Positions 17,643 through 28,240 of a stretch of 64,000 bases of DNA are shown here, one piece after another. Under the pieces are notes generated by a model, which saw nothing but the letters and a program-made list of their open reading frames with translations, did no database searches and had not been told where the DNA came from. A program made the position numbers and the translations under genes. Numbering within the stretch: position 1 is the stretch's first letter; each line of letters begins with the position of its first letter. This stretch comes from Candidatus Woesearchaeota archaeon (GTDB lineage: Archaea; Nanobdellota; Nanobdellia; Woesearchaeales; JAAOYA01): the NCBI GenBank assembly GCA_018221105.1, contig JAAOYA010000008.1, positions 128,648-192,647 of the forward strand. The letters run 5' to 3'.

Positions 17643-18923
17643 TTGAAAATAGGAACTAAACTACTCATTTTTTTTAGCGTCATTGCAATAATTGCTGTTC
17701 TATTTACTAGCATAGTGCTTTTTTTTACGGCAAGTAATGCAATGCAAGAGCGTGCTATCGCACAATTAGAGAGTATTGTAGTATTAAAAGAATCTCACTT
17801 AACAAGTTTTATCGAAGAAGAAATTGGCGATCTGGAAAGCATTGCGTTAGATGATCTTTTTGTTAACGAGTATAAAATAATGCTGGACGACCATTTAATA
17901 CACCAATATGAAAAGACACAACTTCACAACGAATTCAGAAAGCGGTTGAATGTCAAACTTACCACTATGGGACAAGATTTTATTGAATTATATATTATAA
18001 ATTTTGATGGTCACGTGCACATATCAACAGACCAAAATCAAGAAGGAAAAATAAAAACAAAAGATGAATACTTTATTAAGGGCCTTACTCAATCATTTGT
18101 TCAAAAATTCCACTATTCATTGACTTTAAGGCAACCGGCAATTACTATTGCAACACCTATAAAAGACTCAAAAAATAATGTCATTGCAGTATTAGCAGGT
18201 AACGTGAACTTGCGAGAAATTAATAATTTAATGCAAGAACGTCACGGTCTGGGAGAAACTGGCGAAACATATCTTGTTAATAGTTTTAATTATATGATCA
18301 CTGATTCACGATTTGAAAAAGGTTATGCATTAAAAAAAACTATTTATACTGAAGGCGTGAAGGATTGCTTGAATAAAAATAATGGTTTTGGGGTTTATGA
18401 TAATTATAGAGACAATGTAGTAATTGGTGTTTACAAATGGTTGTCAGAACATAATGTTTGTTTGATTGCAGAAATTGATCAAGAAGAAGCTTTGCGACCT
18501 GTAAAAGATTTGAGAAATACAATAATCATTTTGAACTTTGTGATTATGTCATTGATAATCTTTTTTGGTTATATGTTCTCTAAAACAATTACAAATCCTA
18601 TATTAGAACTGACAAATGCTGCAGATCAGATAGCAAAAGATGATTTTGATATTAACATAAAAGCACAATCCAACGATGAATTAGGAAAGCTCAGTCGATC
18701 ATTCAATACAATGGCTAATGACCTTCAAAAATCCAAATTAAATCTTGAAGAAATAGTTAGAGATAGAACAAAAGAATTAACAAAAAAAATCACTCAATTA
18801 GAAAAATTTCACAAGTATGTAGTGGATCGCGAACTAAAAATGTTAGAACAAAAAAAGAAAATAAAAGAATTAACATCACAGCTAAAAAAAGAAAATGATA
18901 AGAAAAAAAAGAACACAATATAA
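17643..18923 (+). CDS. Membrane Cache-HAMP sensor with no catalytic output
   Basis: Two TMs, GLGETGETYLVN Cache motif, HAMP (DELGKLSRSFNTM); ends in VVDRELKMLEQK. Confidence 0.85.
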   Translation: MKIGTKLLIFFSVIAIIAVLFTSIVLFFTASNAMQERAIAQLESIVVLKESHLTSFIEEEIGDLESIALDDLFVNEYKIMLDDHLIHQYEKTQLHNEFRKRLNVKLTTMGQDFIELYIINFDGHVHISTDQNQEGKIKTKDEYFIKGLTQSFVQKFHYSLTLRQPAITIATPIKDSKNNVIAVLAGNVNLREINNLMQERHGLGETGETYLVNSFNYMITDSRFEKGYALKKTIYTEGVKDCLNKNNGFGVYDNYRDNVVIGVYKWLSEHNVCLIAEIDQEEALRPVKDLRNTIIILNFVIMSLIIFFGYMFSKTITNPILELTNAADQIAKDDFDINIKAQSNDELGKLSRSFNTMANDLQKSKLNLEEIVRDRTKELTKKITQLEKFHKYVVDRELKMLEQKKKIKELTSQLKKENDKKKKNTI

Positions 18924-21495
18924 TTCAAAGTTATCAATCAAAATATTTTCTGTTTTGTTACTTATACTACTCGTTTTCTCTTTTATAGCAATAAATTCTT
19001 CAGTGCGAAATGCTAAAAATCTAGCAGCATCAATCAAGAAAAATTCTGAAGATGTTGTCAAACTATCTGTGATTGAAAGTTCCAAAGTTTTAAACGATCA
19101 AGCCAAAGAATACTTGATAGAAATCGTTGAGCAAAAAGCCTACAATATTAAAAATCATATAATTAAAATCAGAGAAAATGTGCTTGCACTTACCACAATA
19201 GAAAAAAATTCAGAGTCATACTTAACATTTTATAATTTACATAAAGCAAAAATTCACAATAAACTGGATAGTGCGCCAAAGGAAAGTGTATCTTTTCCAA
19301 ACGAGCAAGATATTCTAGATATTGAAGTTGTTTCAGCTTTTAAGGCCTTAACCTATATTGATGAATTCGGAATGGAACAAATAAAAGTTGAAAATAGCAA
19401 GATAGTTGCCAAATCAGATTTACAAAATGTTAAAAACACTCAATATTATATCGCAACAAAAAATCTTGCTAATGGAAAAATTTATGTTCAGAAAAAAGAA
19501 TATGTTATTTGGGATTGCACTAAAAGAGAGTCAACAATTATTGGAGAGCCATTATACAAAAATACTGAAGAATGTCCTGATACAAACATACTAGCACTCA
19601 ATGTTACAGATTATAAAAGATTTACTCAAGGTTATATTCGTTATGCAACACCTGTTTACGCAAATGATTCTTTCAAAGGAATTGTTGTTGCAGACGTAGA
19701 CTTCTTGTCATTAATGAAACTAATTAACAATGTAAAAATTAAAGATACTGGTTATGCATACTTGCAGCAAACAATACTTGACAGTGAATATTATATTGCA
19801 GGTCAAGGAATAACACTAGCACATCCCAGTCATCAATTCGTTCTCAACATGGACCCTGCAACTTTATACAAAATAGACGTTGACGGACTTGAAGAGTTAA
19901 GAATATTGTCTGAGAAACAACAAATAGGAGAAACCGGCATTGGACAGTACGTTTTTAGAGGTATAGACAAGTACACAGCTTATGCAAGTTATGTAGAAGA
20001 TAATAATATTATTTGGAGTGTCGGTATTACAAGTCCAGTATCTGAGTTTACGGCAACTTCAAAAACAGTAGAACAAAAAGTTGATGAGTTGTTAATAAAG
20101 CTTAAAAGTGAAATTGATCAAAGAAATGCCAAATCACTATTCACATTATTAAATATTCTAATAATATTAATGGTAGTAATTTTCTTTTCAATAATAGTGC
20201 TATTAAACACTTTCGTTATCAAACCAATAGTTAAACTTCGCTCAGCCACTGAAAAGATTAGTAAGGGACAATATGAAACAATAGATGTAAAATCACAAGA
20301 TGAAATTGGATTACTTAGCGATTCATTAAATAACATGATTGAGGATTTAAAGATTGCCCATGTAAAAAGCGAAGAGCACTCTAAGATACTGGCAATGGAA
20401 GTGACAAAAAGCACTGCAACATTACGAACAAAAATCACTGATTTAGAAAATTCTCGCTCAGCAATGCTCAACATATTAGAAGACGTTAGTGAAGAAAAAG
20501 AAATAGTACAACAAGCACGCGAATCAGTAGAAAGCTTGAACAACCAATTAGAAGAAGCTAACAAAGAATTAATGGCTCTCGATAGGCAAAAAGATCAGTT
20601 TACTTCAATAACAGCACACGAGCTAAAAACGCCTCTTGCATCGATCCATGGTTTTATACAATTATTGCAGGACAAAAAAGTTTTTAGTGATGAAAAGAAA
20701 AGAACTAATTATATGAGTATAATATTGCAAGACACTGAACGCTTGTCAAGACTTATCACAGATATTCTTGATGTTTCACGTTTGGATCTTGGAACACTAA
20801 AGTTTTACTTTGAAAAAATAAACTTACGAAACGTTTTTGATACTATTAAAAGAGAAATGTCTTCTTTGGCAAAAACAAAAAATATGACAATACAGTATAA
20901 TGTCAAAAAAAATATTCCTAAAACAATCATCGGTGATAAAGCGCGCATAGCACAAGTTCTTATTAACTTGATAAGCAACGCCATACATTACACCCCCCAA
21001 AATGGCAAGATATTAGTCAATGTTAAAAAACAAGGTGCAGACATTATTTTTAGTGTTGCGGATAGCGGAATTGGAATTGAAAAAGAACAACAAACAAAAA
21101 TCTTTGATCGATTTTATCAGGTAGACTCTTGGCTTACAAGAAAAATCAGCGGTTCAGGTCTTGGTCTTGCAATTTGCAAAGGTTTAGTCACTGCAATGAA
21201 CGGTAAAATAAGTGTAAAATCAAAAAAAGGCAAAGGTTCAACATTCTACTTTGTACTTCCAACAAAAGGAAAAATCAAGCATGTTGATCGCTACGAAAAA
21301 TATTTGAAAGTATTCGATACTACTTTGAAACATCGAGGCTTAAAACTCAAAAAAGGAGGTCATGAAGAATTAAGAAAGGAACTTGGAAAATCTCATCAGA
21401 AGAAAAAACTTGATATTGCGAGAGCTGTTAGGAGACTTCACAAAAAAGAATTAATCGAACCTATTAATGAAAAAGTTGCTGGTTTTTTCGAATAA
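18895..21495 (+). CDS. Sensor histidine kinase (Cache-HAMP-HisKA-HATPase)
   Basis: AHELKTPL H-box, NLISNAIHY, DSGIGI, GSGLGLAI, GKGSTF. Confidence 0.92.
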   Translation: MIRKKRTQYNSKLSIKIFSVLLLILLVFSFIAINSSVRNAKNLAASIKKNSEDVVKLSVIESSKVLNDQAKEYLIEIVEQKAYNIKNHIIKIRENVLALTTIEKNSESYLTFYNLHKAKIHNKLDSAPKESVSFPNEQDILDIEVVSAFKALTYIDEFGMEQIKVENSKIVAKSDLQNVKNTQYYIATKNLANGKIYVQKKEYVIWDCTKRESTIIGEPLYKNTEECPDTNILALNVTDYKRFTQGYIRYATPVYANDSFKGIVVADVDFLSLMKLINNVKIKDTGYAYLQQTILDSEYYIAGQGITLAHPSHQFVLNMDPATLYKIDVDGLEELRILSEKQQIGETGIGQYVFRGIDKYTAYASYVEDNNIIWSVGITSPVSEFTATSKTVEQKVDELLIKLKSEIDQRNAKSLFTLLNILIILMVVIFFSIIVLLNTFVIKPIVKLRSATEKISKGQYETIDVKSQDEIGLLSDSLNNMIEDLKIAHVKSEEHSKILAMEVTKSTATLRTKITDLENSRSAMLNILEDVSEEKEIVQQARESVESLNNQLEEANKELMALDRQKDQFTSITAHELKTPLASIHGFIQLLQDKKVFSDEKKRTNYMSIILQDTERLSRLITDILDVSRLDLGTLKFYFEKINLRNVFDTIKREMSSLAKTKNMTIQYNVKKNIPKTIIGDKARIAQVLINLISNAIHYTPQNGKILVNVKKQGADIIFSVADSGIGIEKEQQTKIFDRFYQVDSWLTRKISGSGLGLAICKGLVTAMNGKISVKSKKGKGSTFYFVLPTKGKIKHVDRYEKYLKVFDTTLKHRGLKLKKGGHEELRKELGKSHQKKKLDIARAVRRLHKKELIEPINEKVAGFFE

Positions 21496-21551
21496 ATTAT
21501 CAAAAACTATTTAAAGCATGAAAATCAAAACGGTAAACAAAGAGGCAACAT

Positions 21552-21815
21552 ATGGAAAACTATTTATTATTAAACCTTGTAGAAATAATAACTCTCGCAA
21601 CTATAACATTCTTAACACTAAAATCATATTTTGCAACAAAAAATAAAAAAATATTATTGGGCTCTATCGCTTTTGGTTTGTTTTTTGTATCAGCTGTAGC
21701 AATTTTTTTAAGAAACCTTTTGGATATTGAAGGCTTTTTAAGAATCATTTTTTACTTTTTGGATTTTGGATATCTAACAGGGATGATACTCTTGCTCGGG
21801 GTGTATAAAAAGTGA
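21552..21815 (+). CDS. Small 3-TM membrane protein
   Basis: Hydrophobic 87-aa ORF with GAGG RBS; first of three overlapping genes. Confidence 0.65.
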   Translation: MENYLLLNLVEIITLATITFLTLKSYFATKNKKILLGSIAFGLFFVSAVAIFLRNLLDIEGFLRIIFYFLDFGYLTGMILLLGVYKK

Positions 21816-22090
21816 GTGCTCTTTATGGAGAATCAATATTAATTACAGGAGGAATATTCCATATTATCGGAGGATATATTAGTTTTTTACTAACAAAAGT
21901 GTTATTAAAAAAGTATCGTGAAAACCCAAAATTTTATCATGCTTTTATAGGTTTTGCATTGTACACTATAGTGTTTAGTAGTACAGGACTACTTTTTTTA
22001 ACAGGATTATATACTGAAAACATAAACTATGTCACCCACACTTTACGCTCTATTGCAGCAACACTAATAGCATTTTCACTAATAAAATGA
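21812..22090 (+). CDS. Small 3-TM membrane protein
   Basis: Hydrophobic 92-aa ORF with 4-bp overlaps on both sides. Confidence 0.6.
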   Translation: MSALYGESILITGGIFHIIGGYISFLLTKVLLKKYRENPKFYHAFIGFALYTIVFSSTGLLFLTGLYTENINYVTHTLRSIAATLIAFSLIK

Positions 22091-22533
22091 CAACAACAAA
22101 AAAATCAGTAAAAAACATCAGCTTTGAAGATGTTATAATAATAATTGCTTTAATCGGTGTTACAACAGCTTTAATTTTGGGAATGCAAATGTCATACCAC
22201 TTATCTAGTGGAGAGTATGATTATACTGAAACAAAGCCAGGTGACAAAATAAAAAGTGCTCACGTGCACTTGCTGGGCGATAGTACAATAGTAATTTTTA
22301 TGGCTTTCTTGTTCAAAAAACGCACAATGCGAGGACTTGGACAAATAAAACAATTAGGCTTTTTCTTATTAGTTTTAGGAATGATTTTTCACCCTGCAGG
22401 TCTTGCACTAGGACTAGGCTATGACATAGAATTTTTTAGAAAATTCTTATCACCTGCAGAATACACTTTTATTGGCGGTATGATAATATTAATAATCTCT
22501 TTTTTAATATCAAAAAATACTGAATGTTGTTAG
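22087..22533 (+). CDS. 4-TM membrane protein with intramembrane His residues
   Basis: KSAHVHLLG and IFHPAGL within hydrophobic segments. Confidence 0.65.
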   Translation: MTTTKKSVKNISFEDVIIIIALIGVTTALILGMQMSYHLSSGEYDYTETKPGDKIKSAHVHLLGDSTIVIFMAFLFKKRTMRGLGQIKQLGFFLLVLGMIFHPAGLALGLGYDIEFFRKFLSPAEYTFIGGMIILIISFLISKNTECC

Positions 22534-22549
22534 AAATTAAAACAAAATA

Positions 22550-23071
22550 CTAAAGTTTTACTGCTTTATCTACAAACATGTGTAAATCTTTGACTAATTG
22601 TTTATTATCATCTTCAAAGACTAGTATACTGACCTTTATGTTTGACACTCGCACTTTAGTGATAAGGTTTTGTGCAAATTGTAATACCTTATTAATATCC
22701 TGATACACTAGCAAAGCCGATAATGGTTCTACCAAGCAATTATCACAATTAAAATTGACTACTGTATCAGAAAAAGTCATGCTAAGCTCTGTAAGTGCTG
22801 TTGGCGATGATACAAAAGAACATTGATCAGTATTTTCAGCTGATTTAACAGTTTTAGTTATTGCATCAATAAAATGAAACTTTTGAGATTTTAACTTTAA
22901 TTTATCGAGCTCTTCAATCAAAGAATCAGCAGGCTTGCTTAGTGTAACATAACAAGTCATAGTTGAAGCCTTTGAAAATGCTTTTAAGAGTAAAAAGTGC
23001 TTTTTTGGATAATCACTTTTTTTCATTGTCAAGAGTAGTACTTGTGATTTTTTTATTTCGTTTTCTAACAT
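22550..23071 (-). CDS. Degenerate KaiC/RecA-fold protein, last gene of the large minus-strand run
   Basis: CYVTLSKP, FHFIDAIT, SSPTALTELS; paralogue of 14205-14744. Confidence 0.7.
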   Translation of the reverse strand: MLENEIKKSQVLLLTMKKSDYPKKHFLLLKAFSKASTMTCYVTLSKPADSLIEELDKLKLKSQKFHFIDAITKTVKSAENTDQCSFVSSPTALTELSMTFSDTVVNFNCDNCLVEPLSALLVYQDINKVLQFAQNLITKVRVSNIKVSILVFEDDNKQLVKDLHMFVDKAVKL

Positions 23072-23096
23072 ACTAGTAGTTTAAAGGTTTTGTTTT

Positions 23097-24401
23097 TTAT
23101 TTCTTTCTATTTCTATCGAACATTACTAGTTTTTCCTCTAAAACAGCCTTTTTTTGCTCAAAGTCATCAAGCAAAGTATCATAATCAGAACGTGATAATG
23201 ATCGATCTTTAAAATATTCGCGCTGTAATTTTTTAACACTATCAGTTAAAGCATCAATTTTTCTAAGGTACAATTTTTCTAATTGTGTGCGAGCGTGTTT
23301 TCTAAAAAATACTTGTCCAATAACTATTATCACCAAAAGAATTACAAAAAGTGCTACACTAATTAATTTATTGTTAGCTACCAAAATCGCAAGATTGTTT
23401 GAGCGATCACCATCAATTAGTCCTACAAGCCCTTCTGTTCTTCTTTGCTCTAAAGAGTTATGAAGTGTTGTTAATTCTTGGCTAGCGCTCTCATAGTTTT
23501 GAGCTCTAAACTCTTCAAGAGCTTTTTGATAAGTTAAAAAATCTTCAGTGATTGTTTTGCCATCATTTTTTAGTGCTTGCAGACTAGTATTTGTTTTTGA
23601 TAAAATATTTTTAGTGCTCAAAAAAAGCTCGTAAACATTGATTGTTTGCATTGCAAAGTCTTTTGCTGCTAGAATTTGACCATTATTGTATTGTACTACT
23701 GCCAAATAATATGTGTCTTCTAAGCGACTAGTAGACACGTTGTTACCTGAAAGGCCATCAATATAATATTTTGAAGTGTTCAAAAGTAACAAAGTATTAG
23801 TTGTTTGCTTGTAATCTTGATATGCTATTTTAATTCTTTGATAGTCAAAAGACGCAAAAACTGTTTTGTAATTAGCAATGCTGCCAGCAATAATAGGCTG
23901 CAAACCTAAACTAGTTTCAGCCTTTTGCAATTTTAAAAGTTCAAGCTTAGTTGTTGAAGGACTGATAAAAGTTTGTCCAAGCAAATCATTGCTTGCAACT
24001 TCTAAAACAGTTACAGTTTGTTCAAAGTTTTCAAAATAATATTCTTGCTTAGCAATTGTCAAAAACTGATTAAAAGACTCGTTTTGCGGTTTGATAATAT
24101 TCAAATTATCCTCATAACTTAAAAGAAGTCTATTGGCTTTAAGCCCCGCATCATAAATCTTTTGCGTTTGAAAAAAGTATTGTGCTACTGCATCATAATT
24201 TTGTTGTTGGTGCTCTAGTTTAGCTTGCGATTCTAAATCACTAATTCTTTGCGCGGGAATGTTTAAAACTGTTATTTTTTCTTTCAAGTCACTGATTTGC
24301 TCTAAATATAGTAATGATTGTATACTTGTATACTCTGCGACAACACTAAAACAAACTAGTGCCAAGAGCAAAATTATTAAAATAGTTTTTTTCAAAGTCA
24401 T
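23097..24401 (-). CDS. Exported helical protein with C-terminal TM and cytoplasmic coiled coil
   Basis: Signal peptide, helical body, TM LISVALFVILLVIIVIG, tail LQREYFKDRSLSRSDY. Confidence 0.75.
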   Translation of the reverse strand: MTLKKTILIILLLALVCFSVVAEYTSIQSLLYLEQISDLKEKITVLNIPAQRISDLESQAKLEHQQQNYDAVAQYFFQTQKIYDAGLKANRLLLSYEDNLNIIKPQNESFNQFLTIAKQEYYFENFEQTVTVLEVASNDLLGQTFISPSTTKLELLKLQKAETSLGLQPIIAGSIANYKTVFASFDYQRIKIAYQDYKQTTNTLLLLNTSKYYIDGLSGNNVSTSRLEDTYYLAVVQYNNGQILAAKDFAMQTINVYELFLSTKNILSKTNTSLQALKNDGKTITEDFLTYQKALEEFRAQNYESASQELTTLHNSLEQRRTEGLVGLIDGDRSNNLAILVANNKLISVALFVILLVIIVIGQVFFRKHARTQLEKLYLRKIDALTDSVKKLQREYFKDRSLSRSDYDTLLDDFEQKKAVLEEKLVMFDRNRKK

Positions 24402-27400
24402 TTTTTCTTCAATAACCCTAATTCTTGTTCAATACGAGCTTTCATATTATTGTGTTCTTTTATTAATTGCATGAAAGTCTTGCGATCTAATAATTTTTGA
24501 ACATAATATTTTTCTTGCAAGTACTTTTTATGATTTTGAAGTGTTTTTTGCTGCTCTAAAAGAGCGTGCTTTTTGTTCTGGCCTTTTAGGCGTGCAGCTT
24601 TTAAAATAAGTTTTTGTCTTGAAAGCTCCAAAAGACCTAGTTGTTCGCGATGTTTTTGCATTATTTGCTCGTAAAAACGTCCGCTGATAACACGATCTTT
24701 AAAATGTTTTTTTTGCGAGCGACCAATAAGATCATGAATTCTTTCTTTCTTTGTTTGCAAACTGTTAAGTTGTTTGTTAACATATGCTAGGCTCGTTTTT
24801 GCATAAACTGTAAAAACTACGAGAACACTAGCTATTAACGCTAAAATTGCTTGCCACCAGTAATTTTCTAAAAGTCCAAAAAAGTAAGCAGGACTTCTTT
24901 TATAGTTGCGCTCTTGGCTTTCAATCATTAATTCAACATCATTAATTCTTTTGACAGCTAATTGTAAGTTACCTTCAACATACGCTTGCCTAACCAAATC
25001 TAAAGCATTATTAAGTGCTTGTGAATTGCTGCCTTGACGTTGCATGTTAGTTTTAATGTTTTCAATACTTTCTTCAATAGTTAACGCAGTATCAAGAATT
25101 TGCACAAGCTCATCACATTCTTGCTCAAACAATAAATAGTTTTTATTGCTAAGCAAGCTTGTTAATGTATCAATCTGCTCAAGTGTGATTGTTGGATCAA
25201 CACCAATTGATTGTAAAATACCGATTTTTTCTTTTGTCAAAAACAAACATTGCGTGTGATTAGCAACACCTTCGCTTACAACTAAAAGATTAAATGGCTC
25301 AACAAAACTTCGCAATTTACCACTGCCAATAGCCTCTACTGTAAAATTTAGTGGGTAGTTGCCTTCTCCTAAAAAATAAGGTGTTTTTATTGTTGTAAAA
25401 AAACTTGTTGAATTTCTATAGCCTAATAATTCAACACCTGAAATGCTAAAATTGTAATATACTGGCAGTAAACCTTCAATTTTAAAAGTAATATTTTTTA
25501 ACTCTGTTGTTGGCTCTGGATTAAAAAGTGTCACTTCAAAACTTGTTATTGTTCCCCTAACTACTTCAACCCAAAAAGGTATTGTTATGTTTAAATTGTA
25601 AGATTTGCTTGCGAATCCTCCGCTGGCTTGTGAACTACTAGAACCACCGCTCGGAGGTGGACTAACTATTAGGGCATTGACAGTTACGGCTTTTGACTGT
25701 GTAGAGTCAATACCTGCAGAATTATTACTTATCAAACGAATTGTTGTAGCTCCAGTTGGAGCAGTTGAAGAAATGTCAACGACAATGTTGTGAGTTGTTG
25801 AACCACCATCTGCCACTAGACTACTAACGTTTTTTGTAAGGTTGTCACGTGCACTCCAACCTACGGGTAAAACCCAAATTATTGTGTTATTGTAAGATGT
25901 TTCATTGCCGACGTTAGTTATGCTTGCTTGCAAACTAATTCTTGTATCGCTTTGTGTAACTGTAGGATCATAGCTTATAATTTCACTATACAAGTATGGT
26001 CCTGAAACATAAGATACTAGTGTAAAATTAATTTGTTCTTGTTGTGGGTTAGCACTAGCATTTAATGCTTTTAATAAATTGCTGACTTTATTAGTGCTTT
26101 CACTAGATAACCCTGTAGTTTTTACTTGCACGCTAACATTTTTGTGTGCATAAATTACGAATTGGTAATACTCTGAATTATTATAGTAAACTGTTGGCAC
26201 ACTACTAGCAGTTTTGTTTAAACTAAAAGTTAATGGTATGTCGGCATTGCTTGTAATTGTAATATTGTCAATTGTTTTGTTAGTGTTTAAAAAAGCGCTT
26301 TTTGAACCTAAATCTGTTGATGTGACGCTCCAATTATATTCATAGTAAACATTTAGTGGCTGAACTGTGCTGTTTGCAGTATAGTTTGAAGGGTCTATTG
26401 CAAAAACTCTAAAATGCCACACTCCAGTATTTGTTGGAATAAAACTAGCGTTGTAAATGCTTGAAATATTGCTCATGCTAGCATTATTCCATGTTGACTC
26501 GTTTGACTGCTTGTATTGTAACAACGCATTCGCAACAATACTATTATCGGTGATTTTTGCTGTTACATTGATAGCCCTGCCAGGATCAATATCTTGAGCG
26601 ATTGTTGGCACGTAACTAACTTGTGATATTTGGGGGTCATCACCATCTAAATAAACTGTCAAAAGAGCCGATCTTATAATGCTTGATGTAATATTTGCGT
26701 AAGCGCGAAACAAGTTAGTGCTTGGCAATAATGTGATGCTTGTTTGATAATTATAATAATCATAAATTTTAAAGAGCAGGTCATAAGAATTGTTTTGCAA
26801 AAAGTCTCCGCGTGAGTAAGTATTGTTGCTTGCTTGCCACTCAAAATAATCAGTACTGCCTGCCGCTGGCAATAACACAATCCAATAAACAGTATCTTCT
26901 TGTAAAAGTAAAGTTTCGTTTAAAGTGTAAGCATACCATGAGAAACTATTATTAGAAATCATCAAAGGATTAATACTGGCATTTGCTAGCACTACATTTG
27001 ACGGTTGGCCACTATTGTCTGTTCGCAATTGTACTTGCGCGCCACTAACACCACTGCCACTTTTTTTAAGTCGTAGCACGACTTGTCTGGCAAAAATAGT
27101 GCTTGAAAGATTAAAAGATTGTGACAAGTTCAAATCAGTATTGTTAAAAGAATTGCTTGCTAGTGACTCATTAATATTTCCGTACTCAACACCATTTGAC
27201 AAACTATAATTTTGGTAGTTATGCTCATAAGATACGCTTTCAATGACTGTGTTATTTTGTATACTAAACTGAATTATTTGTTCGCTTGTTGGGTAAACTG
27301 TTTGGTGCACAGGATTGTCGATTGTTATATTCGAATTATCAACAATTAAAAAATACGTTTTTTCAGTATTGTTGGTGTTACTATTTGTGTCATTTGCTAG

Positions 27401-28228
27401 TATTGTAATATTATAGCGTCCAACAGTGCTGGTGTTAATGAATTGTCTTTCGTAAGAACCTCCAACTTCAAGAATTAAATCTTGTGTTTTTGTGCCCCCA
27501 GGCCAATCAACTTGCGCTCTCACACTGTCCACTTGTGTGTCATCACTAACATCAACAATCAATTGCACGTATTGTGGCACTATAAGCTCGTAAGTATTTG
27601 CTATTGTCGGGCTGATTATTTGATTAACGCTTGGAGGGTTAAACTCTATTGATGAATTAACAAAAAATGTTATGTCATCACTATCAGAATAAGTGTTATC
27701 ACCAGTAGCGCTACAAAGCAAGCTAACATGAGAGCCGTAAGCGATAGCTCCTCTTACAGAATGATTATCTTTTACGTCATCAAGAGTGAAATTAACTGTT
27801 CTTGGTTGTTTTGCGCTAACAACACAACTTGCTAAATATTTATTAGTCCATGCTGTACCATTATGATAGTTTATTGCTATTGTATCGCCTTCTTCGTCAC
27901 AGTCAAAAACTACTGTTACTTCTACATTGTCGCCCCCTCTAAAAGAGTTATTATCAAGGTTTGTAATATTGATATCTTCAATATACTCATAAGATGGATT
28001 GTTACCGTCTTTGCAATCATCAATAGTTCTGTAACAATCTTGTGGATTGTTCTGACAATATAGTTCAGTGTGACCTTCAAGCTCGTAGCCACCATTACAA
28101 ATGCTACCACAACCAAAGGGGCTTGTTATCGAATAATTCCCCGATGTTGCAATAATCAATAATGTAGAAAAAAGAGTGCTGATTACTAATAAGATTATTA
28201 AAAACTGTTGTGATTTAATATTTTTCAA
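24398..28228 (-). CDS. Large membrane-anchored surface glycoprotein (Cys-rich N-terminus, Ig/CARDB-like domains)
   Basis: 1276 aa; signal peptide, many N-x-S/T sequons, PPPSGGSSSS linker, TM WWQAILALIASVLVVF, basic coiled-coil tail. Confidence 0.8.
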   Translation of the reverse strand: MKNIKSQQFLIILLVISTLFSTLLIIATSGNYSITSPFGCGSICNGGYELEGHTELYCQNNPQDCYRTIDDCKDGNNPSYEYIEDINITNLDNNSFRGGDNVEVTVVFDCDEEGDTIAINYHNGTAWTNKYLASCVVSAKQPRTVNFTLDDVKDNHSVRGAIAYGSHVSLLCSATGDNTYSDSDDITFFVNSSIEFNPPSVNQIISPTIANTYELIVPQYVQLIVDVSDDTQVDSVRAQVDWPGGTKTQDLILEVGGSYERQFINTSTVGRYNITILANDTNSNTNNTEKTYFLIVDNSNITIDNPVHQTVYPTSEQIIQFSIQNNTVIESVSYEHNYQNYSLSNGVEYGNINESLASNSFNNTDLNLSQSFNLSSTIFARQVVLRLKKSGSGVSGAQVQLRTDNSGQPSNVVLANASINPLMISNNSFSWYAYTLNETLLLQEDTVYWIVLLPAAGSTDYFEWQASNNTYSRGDFLQNNSYDLLFKIYDYYNYQTSITLLPSTNLFRAYANITSSIIRSALLTVYLDGDDPQISQVSYVPTIAQDIDPGRAINVTAKITDNSIVANALLQYKQSNESTWNNASMSNISSIYNASFIPTNTGVWHFRVFAIDPSNYTANSTVQPLNVYYEYNWSVTSTDLGSKSAFLNTNKTIDNITITSNADIPLTFSLNKTASSVPTVYYNNSEYYQFVIYAHKNVSVQVKTTGLSSESTNKVSNLLKALNASANPQQEQINFTLVSYVSGPYLYSEIISYDPTVTQSDTRISLQASITNVGNETSYNNTIIWVLPVGWSARDNLTKNVSSLVADGGSTTHNIVVDISSTAPTGATTIRLISNNSAGIDSTQSKAVTVNALIVSPPPSGGSSSSQASGGFASKSYNLNITIPFWVEVVRGTITSFEVTLFNPEPTTELKNITFKIEGLLPVYYNFSISGVELLGYRNSTSFFTTIKTPYFLGEGNYPLNFTVEAIGSGKLRSFVEPFNLLVVSEGVANHTQCLFLTKEKIGILQSIGVDPTITLEQIDTLTSLLSNKNYLLFEQECDELVQILDTALTIEESIENIKTNMQRQGSNSQALNNALDLVRQAYVEGNLQLAVKRINDVELMIESQERNYKRSPAYFFGLLENYWWQAILALIASVLVVFTVYAKTSLAYVNKQLNSLQTKKERIHDLIGRSQKKHFKDRVISGRFYEQIMQKHREQLGLLELSRQKLILKAARLKGQNKKHALLEQQKTLQNHKKYLQEKYYVQKLLDRKTFMQLIKEHNNMKARIEQELGLLKKK

Positions 28229-28240
28229 CTACTACCCACC

